This document shows, piece by piece, positions 7,600 to 21,851 of a stretch of 35,383 nt of DNA. Numbering within the stretch: the first letter of the stretch is position 1; each line of letters opens with the position of its first letter. The position numbers were made by a program, and so were the translations under genes. Source of the DNA: Monoglobales bacterium (lineage in GTDB: Bacteria; Bacillota; Clostridia; RUG12999); assembly GCA_041678125.1 (NCBI GenBank), contig JBAYOS010000001.1, forward strand, positions 1 through 35,383, written 5' to 3'. The notes under the pieces were generated by a model. The model was given only the letters and a program-made list of their open reading frames with translations. It was not told the origin of the DNA and searched no databases.

Positions 7600-9051
7600 T
7601 TATTTACAGAGAACTATTGAAGTCGTTTTTTCTCCGGCTTGTTTTACCGATATAATATAACTTCCTGCTGTAGGCAATGTCGTTGTAAATGTATTGGTAG
7701 GACTGGTTTCTGATGCTATTAAACGACCTGCAATATCGAACACCGAAATTTCGGCATTTATTTCCAAATCGACAATATTCAACTCGCGTCCGAATACAAA
7801 TAGAGTGTAATTTTTATCTGTCGGATTGCAACATACCGTAGAAATAGAAGTTACTTTTTCAATTCTAAAATAGCGGACATCTTTATTGAAATACATTTTT
7901 GCATTATCTTCAGAATCTATGCTCAACTTTCGCCCGGCAGAGGCGCCGTTCACATAAATATTAAAATTGAAATAATGTGTGTCGTCTATGGTGGTTGCAT
8001 ATTCAGCTACGATAGTTGTATAATCATTGTCAGTTAATTCAACCCAATCGCTTAAATACAATCCCGAACCTGCATTTTTAAGTCTGTATTCATCCACAGC
8101 TCCTCCTTCTTTCGGCTCCAGGTTCCATTTTTCATAATTACTGCCGCTTACCGCATCAACTCTTTCCAACCTACGTCCTTCTTGTGCATCTTTCAGATAC
8201 TGCAATCCGGTTCCATCTTCTTTTATCAACCTGACATAATATAATTCACCCTCTTCCGCGTTTAACTTTGGAATTAATACCGCAGCTAAATAGTTTTTGA
8301 TTGCAGTATCTAAGGCGCTAATTGCAGCTTCATCAACATTGCCATTGGCAAGTATGTCTTTTGCATTCGTTATCGCGTCATGTAAATCAGCCTTGGCGCT
8401 TGGGGGATATTTTCCCGGATTACTATTCGCCATATCCTCCTCGGTCGCCGTGTTGTTTTCGTCGTAATAGGCTTTGGCGGACCGGATTAATTGTTCCAAA
8501 TTATCAGAAAGAGTAAAGACCGCCTCAATTCTAAAGTAACGGACTCCTTTGTTGAAATACATATCTGCATTATCTTCAGAATCTATGCTCAGCTTTCGCC
8601 CGGCAGAGGAGCCGTTCACATAAATATTAAAATTGAAATAATGTGTGTCGTCTATGGTGGTTGCATATTCAGCTACGATAGTTGTTACATTGTTATCAGA
8701 CAATCCAACCCAATCGTGCAAATACAATTCAGAACCGACATTTTTAAGCCTGTATTCATCGACAGCACCTCCTTCTTTCGGCTCTAAGTACCACATCTCA
8801 TAATCGTTTTTGGGGTCGGCGCTTACCTCATCGACCCGTTTTAACCTGCGTCCTTCCTTTCCGTCTATCAAATACTGCAAGCCGGTTCCATCTTCTTTTA
8901 TCAATCTGACATAATACTTTATTCCGGATTCCGCGTTTAATATCGGATTAGGATCTTCTGCCATTGCTTTAGCACATAAATCTTCCGCCATCACATTGGC
9001 ACATAACAATACGCATAGCGCACATACTAAAAAAGAATAAATACGTTTCAT
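7600..9051 (-). CDS. Secreted protein with two about 140-aa repeated modules, a helical linker and a T9SS (Por) C-terminal sorting domain. Possibly glycan-binding.
   Basis: It has a signal peptide. Modules at aa 39-178 and aa 264-400 are near-identical. The C-terminal ..ISVFDIAGRLIA....LPTAGSYIISVKQAGEKTTSIVLCK resembles the T9SS type A CTD. Confidence 0.6.
   Translation of the reverse strand: MKRIYSFLVCALCVLLCANVMAEDLCAKAMAEDPNPILNAESGIKYYVRLIKEDGTGLQYLIDGKEGRRLKRVDEVSADPKNDYEMWYLEPKEGGAVDEYRLKNVGSELYLHDWVGLSDNNVTTIVAEYATTIDDTHYFNFNIYVNGSSAGRKLSIDSEDNADMYFNKGVRYFRIEAVFTLSDNLEQLIRSAKAYYDENNTATEEDMANSNPGKYPPSAKADLHDAITNAKDILANGNVDEAAISALDTAIKNYLAAVLIPKLNAEEGELYYVRLIKEDGTGLQYLKDAQEGRRLERVDAVSGSNYEKWNLEPKEGGAVDEYRLKNAGSGLYLSDWVELTDNDYTTIVAEYATTIDDTHYFNFNIYVNGASAGRKLSIDSEDNAKMYFNKDVRYFRIEKVTSISTVCCNPTDKNYTLFVFGRELNIVDLEINAEISVFDIAGRLIASETSPTNTFTTTLPTAGSYIISVKQAGEKTTSIVLCK
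7852..8937. repeat. Intragenic tandem duplication (units 7852-8262 and 8518-8937, period 666-675 bp) with a block of about 110 bp that is almost identical at the DNA level
   Basis: For example, cgcccggcag occurs at 7931 and 8597, and gccgttcacataaatattaaaattgaaataatgtgtgtcgtctatggtggttgcatattcagctacgatagttgt is shared by both units. Confidence 0.85.
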
Positions 9052-9127
9052 AATAATAAAAATTAAATTGTTAATAATAAAAAAGAATTAAAAAATTGAA
9101 GTTGTTGTTGTTAGATTAATACTCTTG

Positions 9128-11113
9128 TTATATTTTGTATATTTTCATCACATATCCACCACCGGACACCATAACGATTTTCAGTTTTTTATCCGCCGGA
9201 ATATCTATTGTTTCTTTTTTGTAATCTTTTGCCGCTTTACCGGCATTAATCCCATCTTTAAAAACTTCGGCTTTAAAATTACCCTCGCCCAAAAACGACA
9301 AATCTATTTCCAGTTCCCGTGCATCCCAATTCGTCAGCGAGCCTACATACCAGTCGCTTCCGCTTTTACGGGCTATAGTAATGTATTCGCCTACTTTTCC
9401 ATTCAAGGATCTACTTTCATCCCAAACAGTCGGGACATCTGCGATAAAACGGGTACATTCTTCTTCCGATTCGTAATTCGACGGGCTGTCGCATAACATA
9501 TTCAACGGCGATTCGAAAATAATGTATTGAGCCAACTGACGACAGCGCGTTCCCTGACTCATAGCTTCGTTGTAAACAGGGCGATAATTGCCTTTTGCCG
9601 CGTTGCGCATGGCTCCTTGCGTGTAATCTATCGGGCCTGCGACTTGGCGAATAAATGGAATCATCACATCGTAAGTTACCTGATCGATATCGGCGCCTAC
9701 CCATTTCATTTGCTCTAATCCGTGTACACCTTCGAAATTGATTACATTCGGATATGTACGCTGCAATCCGGTTGGTTTATATGTTCCGTGATAATCAATC
9801 AGCATTTTGTATTTGGCTCCTATTTCGGCGCCACGATGGTGGAAATCGACCATTATTTGATCATCCCTGTCCATGAAATCGACTTTGAAACCTTTTATCC
9901 CCATTTCGCTGTAATGTTTGCAGACTGCCTCCAAATCTCTGTCGAAAGCCCAATATCCTGCCCAAAGAATTAAACCGACATTCTTTTTCTCCGCGTAAGC
10001 AACCAAGCCGGGTAAGTCGATTTCAGGTATGACCTGAAATAAATCGGCTTTTTTGTTTACCGCCCAACCTTCGTCCAAAATCACGTATTCGATTCCGTAT
10101 TTCGAAGCAAAATCAATGTAATATTTATAGGTTTCATTATTAATTCCTGTTTTGAAATCCACATTGTACAGATTCCAGTCGTTCCACCAATCCCACGCCA
10201 CTTTGCCCGGCTTTACCCACGAATAATCTCCTTCGGCCGGCGCCGCCAGTTTGTAAACCATATCGTTGTCGGCTAATTCCGCATCATTTTCAACTACGAT
10301 AACCGCACGCCAAGGAAAAGCGATTCCTTTTTCGAATTTGGCGATATAATCCTCACGCGATTTCACGAGCATCTGCAGATTGTTGTGCCCACCCTGCTCC
10401 ATGTCTTTCGGATATGTGGCAAAAACGCCTTTCAGCGCGGTATTCCCGTCTCCGTTGTACAGATACATGCCGGGATAATCCAACAAGTCGGCTTCTGCCA
10501 GACAAACTTTTTTGCCGTTCGGTCTTTCCACCAGCAAGGGGGTAAAAGCCAACCTGCTTTTGTCCCAATCGGATAATTTCAAGTAAGCGTATGTGTTTTC
10601 AAAAGAATTGAAAAATTGAGCGGTCAAACTTTGTGTGTTCTGGCACACATACGGCACATATATTTTCGGGTTATCCGGAAAATTGAATTCCGCTTGTTCC
10701 GATTTTACCCGGAACGGTTTTTTCTGTGTGGAAACAAAACGATAAGCAATTCCATCGTCGTAAGCGCGGAAAATAATGTTGTAATTGCCTTTGAACTTCA
10801 GTATTAATTCGTTGTAGCAGTTATTAACAATGTTTCTTTTATAAATTTGCGTTTTGATCTGCTCATCAACGGAGTTTTTTGCCACACTTGTCAGGCGGGG
10901 ATCGACACCCCATTGCGTACCATCGGACAATGTCATGGATATAGGCGATTTTCCCAACATTAAATCTCCTGCGTGCGTTATCTGATATTCAATGGTTTTA
11001 TCAACCGAAATTTCAACTTTCAATTTACCGCTTGGAGCAGTCAATGAATAGTCTTTTTGTGCGAACAATCCGATTGGAAGTAAAATAAATGCGATTAGTT
11101 TAATAAGTTTCAT
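9128..11113 (-). CDS. GH97 glycoside hydrolase (alpha-glucosidase/alpha-galactosidase family, SusB-like)
   Basis: Blocks GIEYVILDEGW and GIKGFKVDFMDRDDQ. The start is moved to MKLIKLIAFILLPIGLFAQ (signal peptide); the track's extra 13 codons come from repeat B. Confidence 0.85.
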   Translation of the reverse strand: MKLIKLIAFILLPIGLFAQKDYSLTAPSGKLKVEISVDKTIEYQITHAGDLMLGKSPISMTLSDGTQWGVDPRLTSVAKNSVDEQIKTQIYKRNIVNNCYNELILKFKGNYNIIFRAYDDGIAYRFVSTQKKPFRVKSEQAEFNFPDNPKIYVPYVCQNTQSLTAQFFNSFENTYAYLKLSDWDKSRLAFTPLLVERPNGKKVCLAEADLLDYPGMYLYNGDGNTALKGVFATYPKDMEQGGHNNLQMLVKSREDYIAKFEKGIAFPWRAVIVVENDAELADNDMVYKLAAPAEGDYSWVKPGKVAWDWWNDWNLYNVDFKTGINNETYKYYIDFASKYGIEYVILDEGWAVNKKADLFQVIPEIDLPGLVAYAEKKNVGLILWAGYWAFDRDLEAVCKHYSEMGIKGFKVDFMDRDDQIMVDFHHRGAEIGAKYKMLIDYHGTYKPTGLQRTYPNVINFEGVHGLEQMKWVGADIDQVTYDVMIPFIRQVAGPIDYTQGAMRNAAKGNYRPVYNEAMSQGTRCRQLAQYIIFESPLNMLCDSPSNYESEEECTRFIADVPTVWDESRSLNGKVGEYITIARKSGSDWYVGSLTNWDARELEIDLSFLGEGNFKAEVFKDGINAGKAAKDYKKETIDIPADKKLKIVMVSGGGYVMKIYKI

Positions 11114-11132
11114 GTGTTTAAAAATTATAATA

Positions 11133-11237
11133 GCCTCCCTAAATCCCCCCAACCCCTATCCCCTTCGGGACTTCCCCCACAAGAGGGAAGAAAAAGGAAT
11201 AAAAGTTTTTGGGGACTTGCAAACTTGCTAAGGCTTC
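11133..11237 (+). repeat. Repeat family B, copy 1 (C/G-tract palindromic unit)
   Basis: Aligns with 27029-27128 and more loosely with 25287-25395. The outer stem is ccccaa/ttgggg and the inner stem is cttccc..gggaag. Confidence 0.75.
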
Positions 11238-11284
11238 AATTACTATTGTTTTTTTATCTTTTTATTTAATCATTAATTAGAAAG

Positions 11285-15885
<4,601 letters not shown>

Positions 15886-15934
15886 TGTTGTTTTTATGTT
15901 TAAAAATTCCTATTTGATACCTATCACGGAACGA

Positions 15935-16780
15935 TTAAAATTTACGAATCCAATCCAGCATCAAGGTTTTCATTTGCTCGTGATATTCAAACCAGCCGGC
16001 AAAACCCCAACCGTGTCCTCCTGTTGGAAATATGTATATTGCCGATTGCACTTTATTCTGTTTCAGCGCATCATAAAACATAATTCCGTTATGAGGATCG
16101 ACGCAAGTATCATCATCGCTGAAAAGAAGCATGGTTGGAGGAGTATCGGTTGTTACCTGTAATTCGTTGGAATAAAACCGAATGGTTTTATTTGTTGGTT
16201 TTTCACCCAATAAATTTTTACGCGAATCATCGTGCGTAAATTCTCCCATTGAAATTACAGGGTAAACCAACAAGCCGAAATCAGGACGTGAATCTTCATC
16301 GTAATGCGTCAGGAGGGTGGAAGCAAGATGCCCTCCTGCAGAAAATCCCATTACGCCTATTTTCTCCGAATTAATGTTCCATTCTTTTGCTTTAGCACGT
16401 ATTGTTTTTATGGCTTGCTTGGCATCAGCCAACGGTATTTCCGAATGTCCGTTTGGCAAACGGTATTTCAATACGATTCCTGTAATTCCGTTCTTTGCCA
16501 ACCAATCGGCAAACAAACTGCCTTCATGTTCCGCAGCTTCTACCACATAACTTCCTCCGGGGCATATCAATACCGCCTTATCCGCTTTGCCATTTTCAGC
16601 CGGCCATATTTTTATGCTTGCTTTCGAGATATTGGATATAAGCCCGTCTTTTGTTTCTTCCGGTTCTGCGATGCCATTATTCTGAACTGCTTCATTCGTC
16701 CACAAAAGAACTTCATGCGTTTGAGCCACAGTGTTTAACGTGAATATTGTAAATAAAATTGAAAGGACGGTATGCTGCAT
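15935..16780 (-). CDS. Secreted alpha/beta-hydrolase esterase (acetyl-esterase/Aes-like)
   Basis: It has a signal peptide, the nucleophile elbow GFSAGGH, an SDDD acid region and GGHGW histidine. Confidence 0.75.
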   Translation of the reverse strand: MQHTVLSILFTIFTLNTVAQTHEVLLWTNEAVQNNGIAEPEETKDGLISNISKASIKIWPAENGKADKAVLICPGGSYVVEAAEHEGSLFADWLAKNGITGIVLKYRLPNGHSEIPLADAKQAIKTIRAKAKEWNINSEKIGVMGFSAGGHLASTLLTHYDEDSRPDFGLLVYPVISMGEFTHDDSRKNLLGEKPTNKTIRFYSNELQVTTDTPPTMLLFSDDDTCVDPHNGIMFYDALKQNKVQSAIYIFPTGGHGWGFAGWFEYHEQMKTLMLDWIRKF

Positions 16781-16808
16781 ATCCCATTAATTTCAGGTTT
16801 ATAGATTG

Positions 16809-18362
16809 TTACAATTTAGCGCATACCTTATCGCCCGCCTTTACTTTTACTTCAACATAAGAGATTTTGTTACCTATCCTGTCGGTTTCCTGTGAAGTGG
16901 TTTCGTATTTTCCGTTAACATTAATCCGGTTGTGGACACCAGTGAAAGCCGCTTTCCAGATTAATTCATTTTTTGTATTATTGGTAAATTCGGTGTAGGT
17001 GTTTCCTTCGTGGCGCACCGTTACATGACCTCCCAATACAGCCACATCTTCCATTTCGGCATAATCTTTATTTGTGGGAAGCTGCGGCATGGTAGTAAGA
17101 GTATTTTTTGAAGCACTTGGGACAATGCCCATAAGACCGCTTACAAGCGCCTCGATGGCTGCGTATGATACTTCAGGATATTCATTTCGGTACATGGTCA
17201 AGAAACTGTACAAATCATCATAAGCCTTCTCCGACCATTGGCAGCGGTATCTCATCAGCGGCAAGTATGAACATCCTTCGGCATTCATCCACGATATTGC
17301 CTCAAGGCATCTCTTAGCTCGGTCGGGCTCATGAACGGCGTCCACCCATAAAACAGCCGAGCGAGCAGTTACCGGGCGTTTGCCGTCATCGCTTATAAAT
17401 CCGGTTCCATTCAATCCGTCTTCGTCTCGGTAATACTTCCCAAGCATATACATGTTTATATCGGTATTCCACCATTCGTCATGCAGCAAGTCATAATATT
17501 CCCGGGCTTTTTTTGTTGCTTCTTCTGCTTTTTTTGTCTCTCCGTTGTGACGCAGGATATTGCTGTATGCCGTAAAACCGGCATAGGCGTAAGCTACCAA
17601 GTCGCTGCCGACCCCAATAGATTTTGCTCCATAATCATCTTCATGAGAACCTTTAAGTTCATCGTACGAAGGTAATCCTCGCGCCGACTTGAACCAATCT
17701 CTCGTTTCAGGATGGTTGTTCAGATATTGGGTGCGATTCATAATTCTGTCCGGCTCAAGCTGCCATTTTTTGATATATTCATCAAACGATCTGTCGAAGA
17801 AATACAGCATTGTGGGATCTTCTATGTATCTTTTGTCGCCTGTCCATTCGTACAGACGCCAACTGGAAAAAGCCATATCAAAGTTGGCGGGAAGATTGTA
17901 CCAAAAATTCGCGTCACTTTTATAATCTGCAGGACAAGCGCCCCCTGTTTTGTCTATTTCCCAGTAGGTACACCAATCTTTCGATTCCGAAATATTCTCG
18001 GCGAAGCGGTATGTCATATTCCAGTTATGTTTCGAAAGGCCAAGCGGTTCTGCACCAAGAGCTTGATGCAACATGTCGCGTACGGCAAAAGCATCCCGGC
18101 CGGGGAGAGCGGCCTCTATCCAATAACCTACTGGGTCGGTACCATCATGGGCATAACTCAACGCCATTCTCCGCGCCCAATGAAACACTCGCTCAAGATT
18201 TTTATCTGAAGAGCTAAAAGCTATATTTCGGGAAGTTTCTTCAGTCCCGGAACCGGATTGTTCTTGCTCTAATTCTCCAGAAGGAGAACAAGCAAGAGAA
18301 ATAGAAAAAAACAAAGCAATTGCAATTACCATTTTACTCATATTTTTATTATTAATTGTCAT
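16809..18362 (-). CDS. Lipoprotein of unassigned family, paralogue of 14386..15885
   Basis: Lipobox ..SLACS (the true start may be the internal MSKMV at 18341). Shared blocks are ALSYAH.G.DPVGYW.EAALPGRDAFA.RD, NFWYNLPANF, WRLYEWTGD.RYI, FDEYIKKWQLEP, YPEVSY and GNKISYVEVKV. Confidence 0.5.
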   Translation of the reverse strand: MTINNKNMSKMVIAIALFFSISLACSPSGELEQEQSGSGTEETSRNIAFSSSDKNLERVFHWARRMALSYAHDGTDPVGYWIEAALPGRDAFAVRDMLHQALGAEPLGLSKHNWNMTYRFAENISESKDWCTYWEIDKTGGACPADYKSDANFWYNLPANFDMAFSSWRLYEWTGDKRYIEDPTMLYFFDRSFDEYIKKWQLEPDRIMNRTQYLNNHPETRDWFKSARGLPSYDELKGSHEDDYGAKSIGVGSDLVAYAYAGFTAYSNILRHNGETKKAEEATKKAREYYDLLHDEWWNTDINMYMLGKYYRDEDGLNGTGFISDDGKRPVTARSAVLWVDAVHEPDRAKRCLEAISWMNAEGCSYLPLMRYRCQWSEKAYDDLYSFLTMYRNEYPEVSYAAIEALVSGLMGIVPSASKNTLTTMPQLPTNKDYAEMEDVAVLGGHVTVRHEGNTYTEFTNNTKNELIWKAAFTGVHNRINVNGKYETTSQETDRIGNKISYVEVKVKAGDKVCAKL

Positions 18363-18458
18363 TATATTGTATTTTTGTTAAATTTTGATGTTGACTTAAT
18401 TCAGAAAGGGAACTTTCTACTTTATCCGAAGATTTCCATTCGGATAAACATTATTATT

Positions 18459-19916
18459 TTATTTGCCATATAATTTAATTTCTGCCAGACTGACATTTTT
18501 TGGAATGCTCCAATCAGTATTTCCGGATTGTTCGGTCAAGCTTACTCCCTTGCAGTTTTTTACGATTGCCAAGCGTATCATGTCCGGTTTCCCGGAAACC
18601 ATCAGTCCTGTAGTCGCCAGATGATTATCGTCATAATTTATATTTCGCAGTTTTTTTATGCATTTCAAGTTATTTTCATCGGCTCCAACATAAATATGGA
18701 TTTCTCCTGCTTCGTTGTGTTCCGGGTCGCTTGCACTCCTGAACAATTCCAATTCCATGTACTTGTCAATTCCACTGACGTTCTTAATGTCTATATAAAT
18801 ACCATATTGAGGATCGGGTACCGGGAGAGGAGACCATGCCGACTGCCAAAGGCCTGTGTTGAAACTAAGATCTCCGTCGATCAGTCTGGCGACAGAAAAA
18901 CCGCCGGCTTCATTACTGGCAGACAACTGTTCAGGAATCAATGTGATTTGCGGCATTGACTCGTACACTTCTACCTGAATAAAGCAAATTGCATCCTCGT
19001 CTGTTTCAAGCATCATTCCTTCTGCGCCTTTAAGGATTATTGGCAACATGTATATTCCTATTTCAAGATTTTTCCGCTCTAAACTAACGGAGAATTCTTT
19101 CATCGTTTCATTGCCCGCAAAACTAATTTTATCATCGAAACGATAGTGTCCTGCCGGAAGCAGCTCGTATTCTCCCTCTGATTCGGAGTTCTCTGCATTG
19201 TATTCTTCAATGACGGCCGCCAACTTATCCGTATCGGCTTCGAATACGGCATCGAATGTCCACCCCTCGTTTTCGGCATTAAGTTTTACGGGTAAGGTAA
19301 ATGTAGCATTGTTCTCCGAACCGGAAAGACGAATTTTCGGTTGAATACCTGTTTTACCTAACTCAAGTTTAAATGAGGTTATATTCAGACGCAGAACAAG
19401 TGTCGCGACTTCATTATTTACAGCACCATCGGAACTTGTTAATTTTAAAGGCAGGACATAATTGTTTTGATCAACATCAATATCAATATCTATTTCTTTT
19501 TTTAATATAATGGATACTGCTTTGCTTATATCTTGCATTCCAAACTCATAGGTTGTTTGGGAAAGCTCGTAGTATTCATCGGGAAGCAATTGATAATCCG
19601 TATTGCAAGTCTTGTTATATGCTTCGATTTCTTCTGCCGTAAACACTTTAAGTTCAGCATTAGCTGTTGCTTTCGTATCTATACCTCCTTTATGAATGGC
19701 TGTGTTATAAACTACATCCGTTCCTTTTCTTACAAAATCCAAAGTTTTTTCGCCGGAATCTTTCAAATAAAGCACGCAGGAATATTCTTCATATCCGTTT
19801 CCATCTATGATTTCTTCTCCTTTGTCGCACGAAGTCAAAAGCAAGGAGGCTGCGCATAATAACTGTATTAAAATATATACTCTTGTTTTCATGTTTCTGT
19901 GTTTTTTAAGTTTCAT
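18459..19916 (-). CDS. Surface glycan-binding-type lipoprotein in the SusE/F position, with DUF1735-like N-terminal repeats and a discoidin (F5/8 type C)-like C-terminus
   Basis: Lipobox LLLTSCDKG. It lies immediately after susD-like with no gap. The C-terminal ..ARLIDGD..WQSAW.. block is discoidin-like. The start may be the internal MKTRVY at 19892. Confidence 0.55.
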   Translation of the reverse strand: MKLKKHRNMKTRVYILIQLLCAASLLLTSCDKGEEIIDGNGYEEYSCVLYLKDSGEKTLDFVRKGTDVVYNTAIHKGGIDTKATANAELKVFTAEEIEAYNKTCNTDYQLLPDEYYELSQTTYEFGMQDISKAVSIILKKEIDIDIDVDQNNYVLPLKLTSSDGAVNNEVATLVLRLNITSFKLELGKTGIQPKIRLSGSENNATFTLPVKLNAENEGWTFDAVFEADTDKLAAVIEEYNAENSESEGEYELLPAGHYRFDDKISFAGNETMKEFSVSLERKNLEIGIYMLPIILKGAEGMMLETDEDAICFIQVEVYESMPQITLIPEQLSASNEAGGFSVARLIDGDLSFNTGLWQSAWSPLPVPDPQYGIYIDIKNVSGIDKYMELELFRSASDPEHNEAGEIHIYVGADENNLKCIKKLRNINYDDNHLATTGLMVSGKPDMIRLAIVKNCKGVSLTEQSGNTDWSIPKNVSLAEIKLYGK

Positions 19917-21839
19917 TTAATAGCCGGGAGCTTGAACCAACTGTCTGTTTTTTCCTATCTCCGAATAAAAAATGGGAGCAATATACATTCGGTCGGACCA
20001 TTTGTACGGTTGATCCACTACCACTCGTGTATTAAATTCCTCAAAGGTAGGAGCCACTATTTTTTCCGCGTTTAATCCTTCTCTTTTGCCCGAACTCAGA
20101 TATTCCATTCCCATACCCCAACGGCGTATATCGAAGTGGCGGTGTCCTTCGCCCCAAAGTTCGACGAAGCGTTCGTTGCGTATCCATTCCATCAACGGAT
20201 AATCGGCAATAAGGTCGGATTCGGTAACTGCCCGCAAGCCTGCCCGCTGATGTACCTTATTTAGATTTTCTAATGCTTTAGCTGTATTGCCTTCCATTGC
20301 ATAGCATTCGGCGAGGTTGAGGTACAACTCTGCCATCCGGATAAGTGGACGAGGGTATTTTTTTTGATTGTTATTCCCCGAAGTATTGAACGTAAAATTT
20401 GGACGAATCCATTTCTGAGATAAAAATCCGGTTACACAATAATTTCGCGCATAACGATCCGGCCAATAACCTTGTTTTTCCTTATCTTTCAATTCGATCT
20501 GGAGCGGGCTTCCATTTGCAACCATTGTCCCCCAATCACCCTGATCGAAGGCCATCCATGCATAGAAACGCGGTTCGCGTCCAACTACCAGATTAATGAG
20601 ATCGGGGCGTCCTGCGTCAACACCTGCCCTTTCCAGTAAGTCCGTCCGGTTCTTATCAAGTGGAGCTCCATCATTCATATAAAAACGTTCGATGCTGTTT
20701 AAGAATGGAGATAATCCTTGCCAGCCTTCTACCCATTCGCTATTATTTGTTTGGAGTAACCGATGTGGCATTTGAGCATTCAACATCTGGTCATCGGCAT
20801 TTAATCCCCAGATAATTTCAGTATTTCCTTCGCCAACATGCGTCGATGTCATATAACGGAAAAGCAATACTCTTTTTTTAAAGTCATCGGACGCACCACC
20901 GGGAATGTAAACATTATTAAGACTTACTCCCTCCTGCGTGTAGAAATTAAGGTCGGTCGGCCCTTCTCCGTAGAGGCGGTGCCCTGCAGAGAGCGCTTCT
21001 TGGAGCGCCTCTTCGCAAGCAATGCGAGCACGTTCCCATTTTTTCGAATCGTATGTTCTGCTTACAAGCTCTTTGCCATAATCAACCCCTTTGTAGGAAC
21101 TTTCCACTTTATTTTGCCACGAAGGATAAGGAAATGACCCGTTCCAAAGTGGAGATGCCGCGTATAATAATGCCCGTGCTTTGAGCGATAATGCAATAAC
21201 ATGCGTAGCTCGTCCACGATCGTTGACATCGCGGGTCATTGGCAGCCTGTAGCCTTTCAATACCTTTTCGTCAAGTATATCTACAATCCAATTTGTTACC
21301 ATATCGTAATGTGAGCGTCCGGCATATTCTTCAGGTAAAATATCGTGTGAAACAAGCTTGTCGGTAATAGGACAAGGACCATAGTAACGCAATATTTCGA
21401 AATGATAGTGGGCTAAAAGAAAATAAGCTTCAGCCTCCCATTCTTCACGTTGAACCAGTGTGAGGTCGGGTGCGTTTTCAAGTTCTCTCAGGAATTGAAG
21501 TATTTGTCCTATTCCATCGTACAATTGATTCCAACGTTGTTCTTGCCAGCTTTGCGGTGTAAACAAATCAAAAGCCACCTCGTGAGGTGCATGATTCCAT
21601 TCCACAGGCATCGCATATTCATCCGCCCCATGTACAGACCCCCAATAAACTATTGGGTTATGTACTCCACTGTAACAAGAATACAAGAATCCGAGGGTAG
21701 CTTCAGGTGTCCGGGTGGCATCACCCAAGGTGGCTTGCTCCGGCGGTATCACATCCAAAAAATTACAAGAAGTAAGCATGACTGCAAACAAAACGGTCGT
21801 TATAAGATGTTTTCGTTTTATGTTATTTATCTTTTTCAT
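19917..21839 (-). CDS. SusD/RagB-family outer-membrane nutrient-binding lipoprotein
   Basis: Lipobox MLTSCNF, 640 aa, directly downstream of the SusC-like gene, with family-typical TPR-like helical blocks and a C-terminal ..RQLVQAPGY. Confidence 0.85.
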   Translation of the reverse strand: MKKINNIKRKHLITTVLFAVMLTSCNFLDVIPPEQATLGDATRTPEATLGFLYSCYSGVHNPIVYWGSVHGADEYAMPVEWNHAPHEVAFDLFTPQSWQEQRWNQLYDGIGQILQFLRELENAPDLTLVQREEWEAEAYFLLAHYHFEILRYYGPCPITDKLVSHDILPEEYAGRSHYDMVTNWIVDILDEKVLKGYRLPMTRDVNDRGRATHVIALSLKARALLYAASPLWNGSFPYPSWQNKVESSYKGVDYGKELVSRTYDSKKWERARIACEEALQEALSAGHRLYGEGPTDLNFYTQEGVSLNNVYIPGGASDDFKKRVLLFRYMTSTHVGEGNTEIIWGLNADDQMLNAQMPHRLLQTNNSEWVEGWQGLSPFLNSIERFYMNDGAPLDKNRTDLLERAGVDAGRPDLINLVVGREPRFYAWMAFDQGDWGTMVANGSPLQIELKDKEKQGYWPDRYARNYCVTGFLSQKWIRPNFTFNTSGNNNQKKYPRPLIRMAELYLNLAECYAMEGNTAKALENLNKVHQRAGLRAVTESDLIADYPLMEWIRNERFVELWGEGHRHFDIRRWGMGMEYLSSGKREGLNAEKIVAPTFEEFNTRVVVDQPYKWSDRMYIAPIFYSEIGKNRQLVQAPGY

Positions 21840-21851
21840 AAGTTGTAATTG

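Noticed and set aside
11114-11152. The 13-codon N-terminal extension (MGGFREAIIIFKH) of the GH97 ORF in the track
   Set aside because: The extension is translated from the G-tracts of repeat B. The internal Met at 11113 starts a normal signal peptide (MKLIKLIAFILLPIGLFAQ).
18425-18448. The 8-bp hairpin tatccgaa/ttcggata after the surface lipoprotein gene, as a terminator
   Set aside because: No T-tract follows on the transcribed strand and the next gene is only about 60 bp away. It may be an mRNA-stability element, but I cannot support a terminator call.
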